Below are positions 8,644-18,401 of a stretch of 39,155 nt of DNA, piece by piece; position 1 is the first letter of the stretch; each line of letters begins with the position of its first letter. The notes beneath the pieces were generated by a model. It was not told the DNA's origin. It did not search any database and saw only the letters and a list, made by a program, of their open reading frames with translations. Source of the DNA: an uncultured Alphaproteobacteria bacterium (lineage in GTDB: Bacteria; Pseudomonadota; Alphaproteobacteria; Puniceispirillales; Puniceispirillaceae); the NCBI GenBank assembly GCA_913064995.1, contig CAJYBL010000001.1, forward strand, positions 1 to 39,155, written 5' to 3'. A program made the translations under genes and the position numbers.

Positions 8644-10257
8644 TTATAGCTCGCGAAGGGCGTTGAATTGATCAACATAACCGCTGGCATCAATCTTGAC
8701 GCCAATCACCGTGGTTTCATTGCTTTTCAACGCCTGTTCTAGGGCGGCAATCAACCCAGCTTCATTGTCAACATTGGTGCCGTTCGCACCAAATCCGCGC
8801 GCCAGATGTTCCCAATCAATGCCGCCAATATGCACGCCATAAGGGTCGATGCCTTTGATGCTTTGTTTGGTTCTGATAAGCCCAACCTCGCCATCATCAA
8901 ACACCAGAATGATGATGGGCAGATTTTCGCGAACCGATGTATGAATATCGGCAACCGCCATTAACAGGCCGCCATCGCCAGTAAAGGCAAGAACAGGTTT
9001 TTCCCGATGCGCCAAACGGGCGGCAAGAGCGCCTGGGATAGCAAATCCCATTGACCCAAGGCCGTTTGAGGTTAGAAATTCACGCGGTCCATAGCTTTGC
9101 CATTTCTGCACCACCAATAGGCGGCTGGCGCCAGCATCACAGGTGGCAATCGTGTCACGGGGCATGATCGCACGCGCACATTCAACAACGCGTTGGGGTG
9201 ACAAGCCGGCGGCAGGCGTGTCCAAGGCTGTGTGAACTCGGTCACGGAATGTTTTCGCCGCTTCAAGCCCCCAGCCAGATCCTTGCGGTACATTTTCCAC
9301 AATGGCTGTTAAAAGCGGGTCTAGCGCGCCAATCACCTCTTCATTGCAAGCGACCAGTGCATCAAGTGATGGATGATTGGCAAAGGACAGAACTTTTGTT
9401 GTATAAGGCCAACCTTTGGGTTGCAATTCAACCGCGTCAAGACCAATGGTGATGATCAAATCGGCTTTGGAAACAAGATCACGCTCAATCAACCCGCCAA
9501 TGATACAGCCCGCGCGTAGCAGGTGATCTTCGGGCATGGCGCCTTTGCATTTTGATGTGGTCAGAACTGGCGCACCAAGATGTTCGGCAAGCACAATCAT
9601 CGCCGGACAGGCATTGTCCCATAGGGTGCCTAGCCCAACAAGCAGCACCGGCCGATCGGCCGCCTTGATCATGGCAACGGCATTTTCGATTCCGCGTGGA
9701 TCGGGCTTGGGATGGTAATAATTCGGCATTAATTTGGGCAGATTCTGCGATGTGCCTGATAGTTTTTTTGTTTCGCTTTGCGGCAGATCAAAATGCACCG
9801 GCCCGGGCGCATAGGCGGTGGCGATGCGGACGGCGCGGCGTAATTGCTGTTTGATGACCTTCGCGTCAATCGCAGTTGACCATTTCACAATCGGCTGCAT
9901 GATGGCCTGATGATCCAACCGTTGGCGAATTCCAATTTCCTGTTCAGGTGATGAATAGCGATCGGTAATCGCAATCAGCGGTGCACGATCCAAAAAGGCA
10001 TGAGCAATACCATTTACCATATTTGTGGCACCGGGGCCACGGGTTGATAAACACACCCCCGGACTGCCGGTAATCTCGCCCCATGTTGCTGCCAGCATCG
10101 CGCCAGCCACTTCTTGTTTCATAAGAATAAAGCGCATGCCTTGTGCTTTGGCAGCTTCCATCAATTCAACTGACTCGCCACCTGGATGGCCAACGATAAA
10201 CGGGGTTCCCATCTGTTTGAAAGCAGCGGCCATTTCCTCAACAGTTGTTGTTGTCAT
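8644..10257 (-). CDS. ThDP-dependent enzyme, acetolactate synthase-like family, substrate unknown
   Basis: GHPGG, conserved Glu in KQEVAG, TRGPGATN, GLGSMGFAIPGA and the ThDP motif GDGG. Confidence 0.9.
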   Translation of the reverse strand: MTTTTVEEMAAAFKQMGTPFIVGHPGGESVELMEAAKAQGMRFILMKQEVAGAMLAATWGEITGSPGVCLSTRGPGATNMVNGIAHAFLDRAPLIAITDRYSSPEQEIGIRQRLDHQAIMQPIVKWSTAIDAKVIKQQLRRAVRIATAYAPGPVHFDLPQSETKKLSGTSQNLPKLMPNYYHPKPDPRGIENAVAMIKAADRPVLLVGLGTLWDNACPAMIVLAEHLGAPVLTTSKCKGAMPEDHLLRAGCIIGGLIERDLVSKADLIITIGLDAVELQPKGWPYTTKVLSFANHPSLDALVACNEEVIGALDPLLTAIVENVPQGSGWGLEAAKTFRDRVHTALDTPAAGLSPQRVVECARAIMPRDTIATCDAGASRLLVVQKWQSYGPREFLTSNGLGSMGFAIPGALAARLAHREKPVLAFTGDGGLLMAVADIHTSVRENLPIIILVFDDGEVGLIRTKQSIKGIDPYGVHIGGIDWEHLARGFGANGTNVDNEAGLIAALEQALKSNETTVIGVKIDASGYVDQFNALREL

Positions 10258-10397
10258 GGTGATTGTCTACCTTTTGAATTTGTCTTTAAATCTAATTAAG
10301 TGAACCAAAATTCTTGCAATCTGTCACTCGCCTAATCAAGCCAAATTAACCGATGGAAAGGTTGGTGGGGCGCCTTGGGAAAGCGGACTGAAATGCA

Positions 10398-10435
10398 AAA
10401 GAGCCATCATTGCAATATTGCAATGATGGCTCTTT
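10398..10435 (-). terminator. Perfect 38-bp palindrome downstream of tctA, likely a terminator
   Basis: AAAGAGCCATCATTGCAAT|ATTGCAATGATGGCTCTTT has 19-bp arms and no spacer. It is T-rich on exit in both directions. Confidence 0.75.
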
Positions 10436-10485
10436 GATCGTTGGGCTTTAAGCCGTTTGAGTTGCCGCGAATGCAGCCAGCAGGC

Positions 10486-12060
10486 TTAGGCTCTCTTGTT
10501 TTTCATCATTGTAGAATAGGCTCTAAAGCCTACGACAATTGCACCAATGATTAGAAAGATTGGCGCATAGGAGAATTTGTTCTGATATTCAAAATTAAAG
10601 AACACCATGATGCCGACATCTGAGATAATCATCGATTGTCTGAAGGCTTCCTCCATGCTGGAGGTTAATACAAATGCGATGATGAACGCAGCGGCTGAGA
10701 AATTGGTACGTCGCATACCATAGCCAATAACACCAAATAAAATGGCAAAGCCAACGTCCCAGATCGAAGCGCGAGAAGAATAGCTCGCAGCGAGTGAGAT
10801 CATGAAAATCACTGGATACAGATATTGTGTTGGCAAAACCGCAATCGCCCTACCAATCAATGGCGCAGCGAAATAGCCGATGATGGCATAAGCGCCAATG
10901 CCAACAAGACCGGCAGCAAACACACCAAAAATAAATTCACGTGGACTCATCATTTGGCCAGCGACAAATAAAGGAGGCTCAGTTGCAAAAATTTGTGGAC
11001 CAACCTGCAATCCATTAACTAGGAACATGCCAATCAGAACTGCAGCGATTGTCGAACCGGGAATTCCCAAAGTTAGAAGGGGAATCATGGATGGTCCCGA
11101 AACAGCATTATTTGCCGATTCTGGTGCTGCAATACCCTCAACAACACCGGTTCCCCATTCATTTTTGTTTTTTGCTCTCCGCTTTTCCTCGCCATAGGCG
11201 ACAAAACAGGCAACCGATGACCCCAAGCCTGGCATCATGCCGATTAAAGATCCATAGATTGATGATCTGAACATAAGCGGAAAACAGCGCTTGAACTCTG
11301 GCCAGGTGAAGTAATGAGCATTTGGATCATCTAGTTTGCTCTTGTCCAAATCGATCATCTTAACTTTTGCAGCTTTTTCGGCCTGAATAATGACCTCTGA
11401 AATAACAAACACACCAATCAAAAGCGGAACAAGCGCCATACCTGATTCCAACTCATCAATTCCCATTGTCATTTTAAACTGGCCGGTAATTGTGTCTTCG
11501 CCAATCAGGGCAATTGCCGCGCCGAAAAGTGTTGATACGATTCCTTTGATGATGCTGTCGCCAACAACGGAGCCAACAACAAAAAAGGCCATCAGATAAA
11601 TCGCAAAATTTTCGGGTGGGCCAAACTTCTTGGTAAAGGCGGCAATGGACACGGCGCCAAAAATCAGCACGAATTCACCAAAATAATCGCCAAAGGCTGA
11701 TGCGACTGTTGCTGTTTTAAGTGCTTTTCCTGCACGCCCAGATTGAGTCATCGGATAGCCATCTTGCATTGTGGCCGCCGATGCCGCAGTTCCGGGTGTG
11801 TTGAATAGAATGGCGGCAATAGACCCACCATATCGTCCCGATTTGCCAATCACATAAAGAAAGGCAAGGCCAGCCAAACCACCAATTTCATCATTATAGG
11901 CGATCAGGATTGGAAGCATCATTGCAATGGCAGCAGCAGCTGTCAGCCCTGGCAAAGCGCCAAAGACAATGCCAACAAAGGCGGCCAGAAAAACAAACCA
12001 AATGGCATAGGGGTCGCTGAAAAGCGTCACAAAGCCACCAAATATATCTTCGAAAAACAT
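10486..12060 (-). CDS. tctA: Tripartite tricarboxylate transporter large permease (system 1)
   Basis: GALPGL, YGGSIAAILFNTPGT..SAAT..DGYPM and GIAAPESANNA...IPLLTLGIPGS signatures. Confidence 0.95.
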   Translation of the reverse strand: MFFEDIFGGFVTLFSDPYAIWFVFLAAFVGIVFGALPGLTAAAAIAMMLPILIAYNDEIGGLAGLAFLYVIGKSGRYGGSIAAILFNTPGTAASAATMQDGYPMTQSGRAGKALKTATVASAFGDYFGEFVLIFGAVSIAAFTKKFGPPENFAIYLMAFFVVGSVVGDSIIKGIVSTLFGAAIALIGEDTITGQFKMTMGIDELESGMALVPLLIGVFVISEVIIQAEKAAKVKMIDLDKSKLDDPNAHYFTWPEFKRCFPLMFRSSIYGSLIGMMPGLGSSVACFVAYGEEKRRAKNKNEWGTGVVEGIAAPESANNAVSGPSMIPLLTLGIPGSTIAAVLIGMFLVNGLQVGPQIFATEPPLFVAGQMMSPREFIFGVFAAGLVGIGAYAIIGYFAAPLIGRAIAVLPTQYLYPVIFMISLAASYSSRASIWDVGFAILFGVIGYGMRRTNFSAAAFIIAFVLTSSMEEAFRQSMIISDVGIMVFFNFEYQNKFSYAPIFLIIGAIVVGFRAYSTMMKNKRA

Positions 12061-12066
12061 TAAAAA

Positions 12067-12573
12067 TTAATCCCCGCTAATCAAATTAGTGTAGGGGCGA
12101 AGGTCCAAAAGCACCCCTCTTGGGTCATTCAGTCTCATAATGCCCATGAAAAGCCATTGCATTACAATCGCCATGATAATTCCACCACATATCATTTTCA
12201 GTCTGTCTCTGACGCCAAAGGCATAAAGTGATGTCACGTAGGTTACGATAATTGCAACAAAATAGCCAAACATGACCATCATGATTACAAATACCGCACC
12301 ACAGCCGACGACTAGCGATATTCTCTTCAGGTTGCTCTCAAGAAAGCCATAACCCTCCCTCAATGGGCCGACTTTCCCGCGGAACGCTCTAAGGGCAAGC
12401 CACAGGCCGCCCAGAACTAAGCTTACAGCCAGCGCCATTGGCATTGTGCGCGGCCCAACAGCTTCTTTTGAAACGCCAATAGTGGACGCTTGATAGACAA
12501 AAAATAGGCCTGTCAGCACAACCACCGCGCTGACCCCATACTCCAATTTAACTTTGTAATTGTCGTTTGTCAT
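12067..12573 (-). CDS. tctB: Tripartite tricarboxylate transporter small subunit (system 1)
   Basis: Four to five TM helices, a VGPRTMP motif, and position between tctC and tctA. GAGGTG RBS before ATG 12573. Confidence 0.88.
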   Translation of the reverse strand: MTNDNYKVKLEYGVSAVVVLTGLFFVYQASTIGVSKEAVGPRTMPMALAVSLVLGGLWLALRAFRGKVGPLREGYGFLESNLKRISLVVGCGAVFVIMMVMFGYFVAIIVTYVTSLYAFGVRDRLKMICGGIIMAIVMQWLFMGIMRLNDPRGVLLDLRPYTNLISGD

Positions 12574-12630
12574 GGTCACCTCAGTCTTCAGGATTAATGC
12601 TTTAGATATGCAAACTAAAAATAAAATAAA

Positions 12631-12660
12631 AGGGGCAAGCCAAAAGCATAGCTTGCCCCT
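12631..12660 (-). terminator. Stem-loop with U-tract between tctC and tctB
   Basis: AGGGGCAAGC-N10-GCTTGCCCCT, followed on the minus strand by TTTATTTTATTTTT. Confidence 0.75.
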
Positions 12661-12681
12661 ATAGTTGTAATTGACCAGTTC

Positions 12682-13656
12682 TTACTGGCTGCTGAGGATT
12701 TTTTCCACAACAGGACCCATGGTCTTGTACATTACGTTTTGAGCTTTTACAGCTGCGTCTGCGTCAACATAAAAAGCACCTAGATTGTTCTTCTTCATGA
12801 ACTTTTTGAAGCCTTTGATACCAGCGATGTGTTTAATCGCTGAGCCAACTTTTGTTTTGACTTCGTCTGAAACGCCTTTTGGCGCGAACAAGCAGAACAG
12901 GCCGGTAAAGTCAGCGCCGTTCATGCCTTGCTCCTTGAAGGTAGCTAGGTCTTTCATTGTTGGATCGCGATCAGCACCGGCAGTTGCCAATGGACGGATG
13001 GTGTCCTCAAAGCCAGCAATGGTGTTATTACCGCCAAAAACTGACTCAACTGACTGTGATACCAGAGCAGCACGTGCTTTTGATCCGCCTTTGAATGGGA
13101 CCTTCTTGTGTGGAATGCCGTAAGTATCAAAGAAAAGATGACCAATGCCCGAGTGCATGGTTGTGGCACCAGATGTGCCCCAAGTATGCGTTTTGCCGGA
13201 CGCTTTTGCAGCGGCAACAAACTCGGCTATATTTTTGGCAGGGTGTGATGAGTGTACCTGCAGTGAGGTCACAAGCTGTGACATGCAACCAAGGTTAACC
13301 CAATCATCCTTTACGCTGTATGGCTTGTCTTTGCCTTTTGCCAGCTCACCAACAATAAAGGTACCGATGTTGATCATGTAAAGAGTATGTCCGTCGGCCT
13401 TTTCACCAAGGACCATTTTGGCAGCTTTCTGACCTGATGCACCTGGCAAGTTAACGATATAGGCAGGCTGTCCAGCCATGCTCTCGGCTTCATGCATGTA
13501 TGACGCAAAACCACGCGAAGTTGTGTCAGTGCCGCCACCAGCAGAAAATCCAACTAAGATCTTTACTGGCTTCTCAGGGTAAGCAGCTAACGCTGCACCT
13601 GATGCAAGGCTGAATGCTGCTGCAACACTAAGCACAGCCGATTTACTAAATCCCAT
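12682..13656 (-). CDS. tctC: TTT substrate-binding protein (Bug/TctC, system 1)
   Basis: Signal peptide, YPEKPVKILVGFSAGGGTD, VNLPGASG, ADGHTL and VPFKGG. GGAGG RBS. Confidence 0.93.
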   Translation of the reverse strand: MGFSKSAVLSVAAAFSLASGAALAAYPEKPVKILVGFSAGGGTDTTSRGFASYMHEAESMAGQPAYIVNLPGASGQKAAKMVLGEKADGHTLYMINIGTFIVGELAKGKDKPYSVKDDWVNLGCMSQLVTSLQVHSSHPAKNIAEFVAAAKASGKTHTWGTSGATTMHSGIGHLFFDTYGIPHKKVPFKGGSKARAALVSQSVESVFGGNNTIAGFEDTIRPLATAGADRDPTMKDLATFKEQGMNGADFTGLFCLFAPKGVSDEVKTKVGSAIKHIAGIKGFKKFMKKNNLGAFYVDADAAVKAQNVMYKTMGPVVEKILSSQ

Positions 13657-13892
13657 TTTTTTCCTCCAATAGGTTTTTTAAATTTTAGATAGAAACACTT
13701 ATAAAAACATTAGCCTAAAATTTGTGGTCAGTTTGGCCTTTTCTGTCAATAATATTCTGATATTTTCTGCCAAATTTATGTCAAATACGGTGAAATTATA
13801 ATAGCAAGAGGCAATGTCTTGTGATTAATGTTTTCTAAGCAAATTTTTTTCTCAAGGTCTGATCTTGGCAGATCATTCCAAGGACAAATGCA

Positions 13893-14891
13893 ATGCAACA
13901 ATCCCCAAAAACAATGCGCACCGTTGGCGTTCATACCCCTGGTGGGCCGGACGCGCTGGAAATCATCAATGTCCCAGTGCCTATTGCAACGGGGCGTGAC
14001 CTGTTGATCAAAGTGCATGCTGCCGGCGTCAATGGTGCGGATTTGCGCGAACGCGAGGGCAAATATCCCGTGCCGTCCGGCGCCCCCGATATTATGGGGC
14101 TTGAGGTTTCAGGCGAAATTGTTGCTGTTGGCGAGGCATGTGAACGCTTTCGGCCGGGCGATAGGGTTTGTGCGCTATTGATTGGTGGTGGCTATGCCGA
14201 ATATGCGATTGCGCCAGAAGGCCAATGTATGGCCATTCCTGACGGGGTGTCGGTCATTAATGCGGCTGGCTTGCCCGAAGTTTTCTGCACAGTATGGACG
14301 AATATGATGGATCGCTGCCAGTTGCAAGCTGGTGAAACCGTGTTGGTTCAGGGTGGCACAAGCGGTATTGGTTTTGCTGCGATCAAGATTGCAAAGGCTT
14401 TTGGTGCCACGGTTTTTGCCACTGCACGAAACGAAATCAAATGTGCGGCAATTCGCCGATTTGGCGCTGACGCTGCGATTAATTATAAAACTGACGATTT
14501 TCTAGACGTGGCGCGTAACCTGACCGACGGTCGCGGTGTTGATGTTATCATTGATATTATTGGCGGTGATTATTTGCCAAAGGAGGTCAAGCTTCTTGCC
14601 CATGGCGGGCGGCTGATGATCATCAATCTTCGCGGTGGTAAAATCGCCGAAATCGATTTTGGCCAGATCCATAGCAAACATCTTACCGTGACAGGCGCGC
14701 GCTTGCGGCCACGGTCTATAGCTGAAAAATCTGCAATCTGCCGATCGTTGGAGACGTATGTTTGGCCAAAATTTAAAGACCAGACCATTACACCAGAAAC
14801 ATATGCAACCTTCCCATTTGCTGAGGCAGCCGCAGCGCATCGTTTGATGGAATCAAGCGATCATATTGGCAAGATTCTTCTTGTGCCGTAA
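13893..14891 (+). CDS. NAD(P)H-quinone oxidoreductase, PIG3/zeta-crystallin family
   Basis: AAGVN..D...G.YPVP.GA..IMGLEVSG, GGGYAEY, AAGLPEVFCTVWTN, GGTSGIG and HIGKILL. Confidence 0.9.
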   Translation: MQQSPKTMRTVGVHTPGGPDALEIINVPVPIATGRDLLIKVHAAGVNGADLREREGKYPVPSGAPDIMGLEVSGEIVAVGEACERFRPGDRVCALLIGGGYAEYAIAPEGQCMAIPDGVSVINAAGLPEVFCTVWTNMMDRCQLQAGETVLVQGGTSGIGFAAIKIAKAFGATVFATARNEIKCAAIRRFGADAAINYKTDDFLDVARNLTDGRGVDVIIDIIGGDYLPKEVKLLAHGGRLMIINLRGGKIAEIDFGQIHSKHLTVTGARLRPRSIAEKSAICRSLETYVWPKFKDQTITPETYATFPFAEAAAAHRLMESSDHIGKILLVP

Positions 14892-14899
14892 TCGGAAAT

Positions 14900-15706
14900 C
14901 TATTCTGCGTTTGGAAAAAACAGCTGTTTGCCATCTAATTTGAAACTGGCAATGGCAGCTTGTCCCTTTGCTGAAATCAGCCAATCGATAAATATCTGAC
15001 CTTCCTTTGATCTGACATTTGGGCATTTTTGCGAATCAACAAGCATAACACCATAGGGATTGAAAAGGCGTTGATCGCCCTCGACCATGATTTTGAAATC
15101 TGCCTTATTCGCATGTGCGCCCCATGAGGCGCGATCACTTAAAGCATAGGCGCCCATTCCAACGGCGGCGTTCAAGGTCGTCCCCATTCCCGAGCCGGTT
15201 TCGCGGTACCAATCACCCGAACTTGCCGCCTGATCAACCTTTGCCATTGCCCATAAGGATTTTTCCTTGCTATGCGTTCCTGAATCATCCCCGCGTGACG
15301 CAAATTTTGATTTCGAATTGGCGATTTTTACCATCGCGGTAGTTACATCCTTGCCGCCAGCAATGCCTGCCGGATCACCTGCCGGGCCAATCACCACAAA
15401 ATCATTATACATGACATCATAACGCTGCTTGGCATAGCCTGCGGCAACGAACTGGTCTTCGCGTTTCCGGCTATGCACCAAAAGGACATCGCCATCACAA
15501 TTCATCGCATTCTTGATCGCCGCACCGGTTCCAACCGCAACCACATTCACCGTAATGCCGGTATCGATTTTGACCATTGGCAGAATATAATCATAAAGAC
15601 CGGCGTTTTTTGTCGATGTTGTTGATTGAACAAGAATCCTACTATCGGCCATTGCGGTGGTGGCAAGGCAGGCGGCGCTAACAGCAAACAAAACCGCAAA
15701 TTTCAT
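14900..15706 (-). CDS. tupA: Tungstate ABC transporter substrate-binding protein
   Basis: TTTS-type motif (STTST), VAVGTGAA, DVLLVH, MYNDFVVIGP..DPAGI and FASRGDDSGTH are characteristic of TupA. Confidence 0.92.
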   Translation of the reverse strand: MKFAVLFAVSAACLATTAMADSRILVQSTTSTKNAGLYDYILPMVKIDTGITVNVVAVGTGAAIKNAMNCDGDVLLVHSRKREDQFVAAGYAKQRYDVMYNDFVVIGPAGDPAGIAGGKDVTTAMVKIANSKSKFASRGDDSGTHSKEKSLWAMAKVDQAASSGDWYRETGSGMGTTLNAAVGMGAYALSDRASWGAHANKADFKIMVEGDQRLFNPYGVMLVDSQKCPNVRSKEGQIFIDWLISAKGQAAIASFKLDGKQLFFPNAE

Positions 15707-15741
15707 AAAGGCTCCTTTGGCAGATGCCGTCTATCGGGCGG

Positions 15742-16476
15742 TTATAAAACCAGCTTGCCAGCTAGGTATGCTCTGGCTGCGGCTGATTTTGGTTTTTGAA
15801 AGAAAGATTTGGCGGGGCTGTGTTCGGCCAATTTGCCGTGATGTAAAAACAGAACATCATCGGCAAGCCGCTTGGCCTGTCCGACATCATGCGTCACAAG
15901 GATAAGTTTCATGCCTTGTTTGCTAACTGATTGCAGATTGGTTTCAATCGTTTCAATCGATGCCGGATCCAGATTGGAGGTTGCTTCGTCCAGAAACAGG
16001 ATTGCCGGATTGATGATCAATGCCCGCGCCAAGGCAAGTCGTTGTTTTTCGCCGCCAGATAGAAGCCGTGCCGGATGCTGAGCCAGATGATCAAGCTGTA
16101 ATTGCGCCAGATAATCCATTGATATTTTCGGATCATCAATGCCGCGTTGGCGCGCCACAAACAGTAGATTTGCCAAAACCGTCCGGCGTAAGATGGTTGG
16201 TGTTTGAAAGACCAATGATTGCTGTTGCCTAATCAAAGAATCAAGTGGCGTATCGGCATAGAGGATTTGCCCCATATCAGGCTTTGCCAGCCCGTGAAGG
16301 CAGCGCATGAAAAGGCTTTTTCCAGCGCCATTAGGCCCCATAATGACGCTAATGCCGTCCGATTTGATGATACAGGACAGATCATCAATCAACATACGCT
16401 CATTCAGTGTCAGGGTGATATTCTGAATGGTTATTGGCATCAGCCCACGCTGTGCCATTGCGGTTTGATTAGACAT
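15742..16476 (-). CDS. tupC: Tungstate ABC transporter ATP-binding protein
   Basis: Walker A GPNGAGKS, LSGGE and LFLDE. ATG 16476 overlaps the tupB stop. Confidence 0.88.
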   Translation of the reverse strand: MSNQTAMAQRGLMPITIQNITLTLNERMLIDDLSCIIKSDGISVIMGPNGAGKSLFMRCLHGLAKPDMGQILYADTPLDSLIRQQQSLVFQTPTILRRTVLANLLFVARQRGIDDPKISMDYLAQLQLDHLAQHPARLLSGGEKQRLALARALIINPAILFLDEATSNLDPASIETIETNLQSVSKQGMKLILVTHDVGQAKRLADDVLFLHHGKLAEHSPAKSFFQKPKSAAARAYLAGKLVL

Positions 16477-17176
16477 AGGCACGCCGCCTTGCCGATGCTT
16501 TTAACCATTGCACCAGAAAATTTACCGCAAGCGAAATCGCCAATAGAATAAAGCCAAGCGCCAATGCCAGCGCTAGCTCGCCTTTTGAGGTTTCAAGCGC
16601 AATCGCCGTTGTCATCACGCGGGTGAGATGATCAATATTGCCGCCAACGATAATCACCGCGCCAACTTCGGAAATGGCGCGGCCAAATCCGGCTAGAATA
16701 ACCGTCATAAGCGAATAGCGCGCATCAATGATATAGGCCAAAAGTGCGGTTCGTTTTGGCACCACTAGACTATCGAAAAAATCTTTGTAATCTTCGTGTA
16801 GATCCTCAAGAACCTGACAGGATAGCGCGATGATAATCGGTGTGATCAAAATCATCTGTGCAATCACCATGGCCTGCGGCGTATATAGCAGCCCGAGCCA
16901 GCCAAATGGCCCTGATCTCGACAAATGCAAATAAACCAACAGCCCCACAACAACCGGTGGCAATCCCATCAGGGCATTGAAAACACCAACCAGAAAATCG
17001 CGCATCGGGAAATGACGCATGGCCAGAAATGCGCCAATGGGAAGACCGATCACGCAAGACAAAACCAATGACGCCAAGCTGACATTGATGGAAAGCGCCA
17101 GAATTTCCATCAGATCACGATCCGAGCTGGCCAACAGGCCAAAGGCAGCGGCGAAAGATTCTGAATAGATTGGCAT
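16469..17176 (-). CDS. tupB: Tungstate ABC transporter permease
   Basis: NALMGLPPVVVGL, GFGRAISEVGAVIIVGGNI and TRVMTTAIALETSKG. Confidence 0.92.
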   Translation of the reverse strand: MPIYSESFAAAFGLLASSDRDLMEILALSINVSLASLVLSCVIGLPIGAFLAMRHFPMRDFLVGVFNALMGLPPVVVGLLVYLHLSRSGPFGWLGLLYTPQAMVIAQMILITPIIIALSCQVLEDLHEDYKDFFDSLVVPKRTALLAYIIDARYSLMTVILAGFGRAISEVGAVIIVGGNIDHLTRVMTTAIALETSKGELALALALGFILLAISLAVNFLVQWLKASARRRAYV

Positions 17177-17186
17177 TTACGTTCCT

Positions 17187-17257
17187 AGCTATGTGATTTT
17201 TTACATCTACTATGAAAAAAACGCTGGATCAACCGTTATGCTTAAATTATCACAACG
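17187..17257 (-). promoter_or_regulatory. ModE-like operator(s) upstream of tupBCA
   Basis: Inverted repeat CGTTATG-N10-CACAACG at 17234-17257 and a weaker, equally spaced AGCTATGT-N8-ACATCTAC at 17187-17210. Both resemble the CGTTAT..ATAACG Mo/W-responsive box. Confidence 0.6.
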
Positions 17258-17273
17258 AATGTCTACCGGTTTA

Positions 17274-18167
17274 TCAATCGCTAAATTCGGTGCCAAGCGC
17301 CTTTTCATAAATCTTGATAATGGCGCTTTTTGGCTCGCGGCCATAGCCAGCGGCGATGGCATTTTGATAGCTGCTTGTCATTGCATTCACCAACGGGGTC
17401 ATTGCGCGTTTTTCAATCGCAATGTGCTGGACATTCAAAATATCCTTATAGGCGTCTTCCATTGGAAAATCATTGTCAAACTGGCGCGCCAACATGCGTG
17501 GTACAAAATGATCACCAGCAAAGCTGCGGGCGCTTGCGGTTGTCACAACTTGGGTCAAGGCCTCGGTTGAAAGGCCGCCAGCTACGGCCAGTGGCAATAC
17601 CTCGCATAGCGCGACAATATTGATATCATAGATGATGTTATTGACCGCTTTCATCATCTGGCCAGCGCCGCTTTCGCCGCAATAGACGATAAATTCGCCC
17701 ATGGCATCAAGCTGTGGCTTAGCAAGATCAAATAAGGATTTGCTGCCGCCAAACATCAGGGTCAATGTGCCATCTGTGGCGCGAAAGGGAAGGCCGGAAA
17801 TCGGGCAATCAGCATAGGTAATGCCGCGACTTGCCAATTGATCATGGATGGCAATGGCCTCAAGGCGGTCAATTGTTGAGGTGTCGATAATGGCAAGATC
17901 GCCTTGTGCCAATTCAGCAATACCACCATCGCCGAAAATCACCTCATTCACCTCTTTTGCAGACGGAAGGCATAGGAATATGAGATGACAATTCGCCGCC
18001 AGATTGCCAACTGTGCTGGCAATGATGATATCATCGCCGTTCAGCCGGTCAGTGGCGGCTGGCATCGCGTCATAGGCATAAAATGGCGTAGCGATTTTTG
18101 CCAGATTATTGGCCATGCCAAGTCCCATTTGGCCGAGGCCAATAAACCCAATACCGCTGTTACGCAT
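17274..18167 (-). CDS. beta-hydroxyacid dehydrogenase (3-hydroxyisobutyrate dehydrogenase / tartronate semialdehyde reductase family)
   Basis: GFIGLGQMG, LCLP, IDTST, DCPISG and the catalytic Lys in GQMMKAVNN. Confidence 0.9.
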   Translation of the reverse strand: MRNSGIGFIGLGQMGLGMANNLAKIATPFYAYDAMPAATDRLNGDDIIIASTVGNLAANCHLIFLCLPSAKEVNEVIFGDGGIAELAQGDLAIIDTSTIDRLEAIAIHDQLASRGITYADCPISGLPFRATDGTLTLMFGGSKSLFDLAKPQLDAMGEFIVYCGESGAGQMMKAVNNIIYDINIVALCEVLPLAVAGGLSTEALTQVVTTASARSFAGDHFVPRMLARQFDNDFPMEDAYKDILNVQHIAIEKRAMTPLVNAMTSSYQNAIAAGYGREPKSAIIKIYEKALGTEFSD

Positions 18168-18401
18168 CGCATTTTATCCCTTAGAAAGATGACCGGTGGC
18201 GGCGCCCAGATTAAACCGCTATCTGTCAGTCTATACAGAAATTTTACCTTGTATATATAGTGACAGTTGTCAGCGTGGAGATTCTGCACTAGCGTTCTCA
18301 TTCAGCATGATAACTTTGCTGACCTGTTCTTGTTTGGTATTGTCTTGCAACAGGATCGGCGGCCAGCATCCCACAAATATATTCGGTTAAGGACCGTTCA
18401 A

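Noticed and set aside
7210-14891. DMSP/acrylate cluster (DddD or AcuN plus AcuI)
   Set aside because: The CoA-transferase is far shorter than DddD, the reductase has PIG3-type rather than YhdH/AcuI motifs, and there is no acuK or ddd gene. An AcuN-like architecture alone is not enough.
8644-18167. Glyoxylate carboligase plus tartronate semialdehyde reductase, or Xsc
   Set aside because: The ThDP enzyme keeps the conserved Glu that Gcl lacks, and its N-terminus does not resemble Gcl or Xsc.
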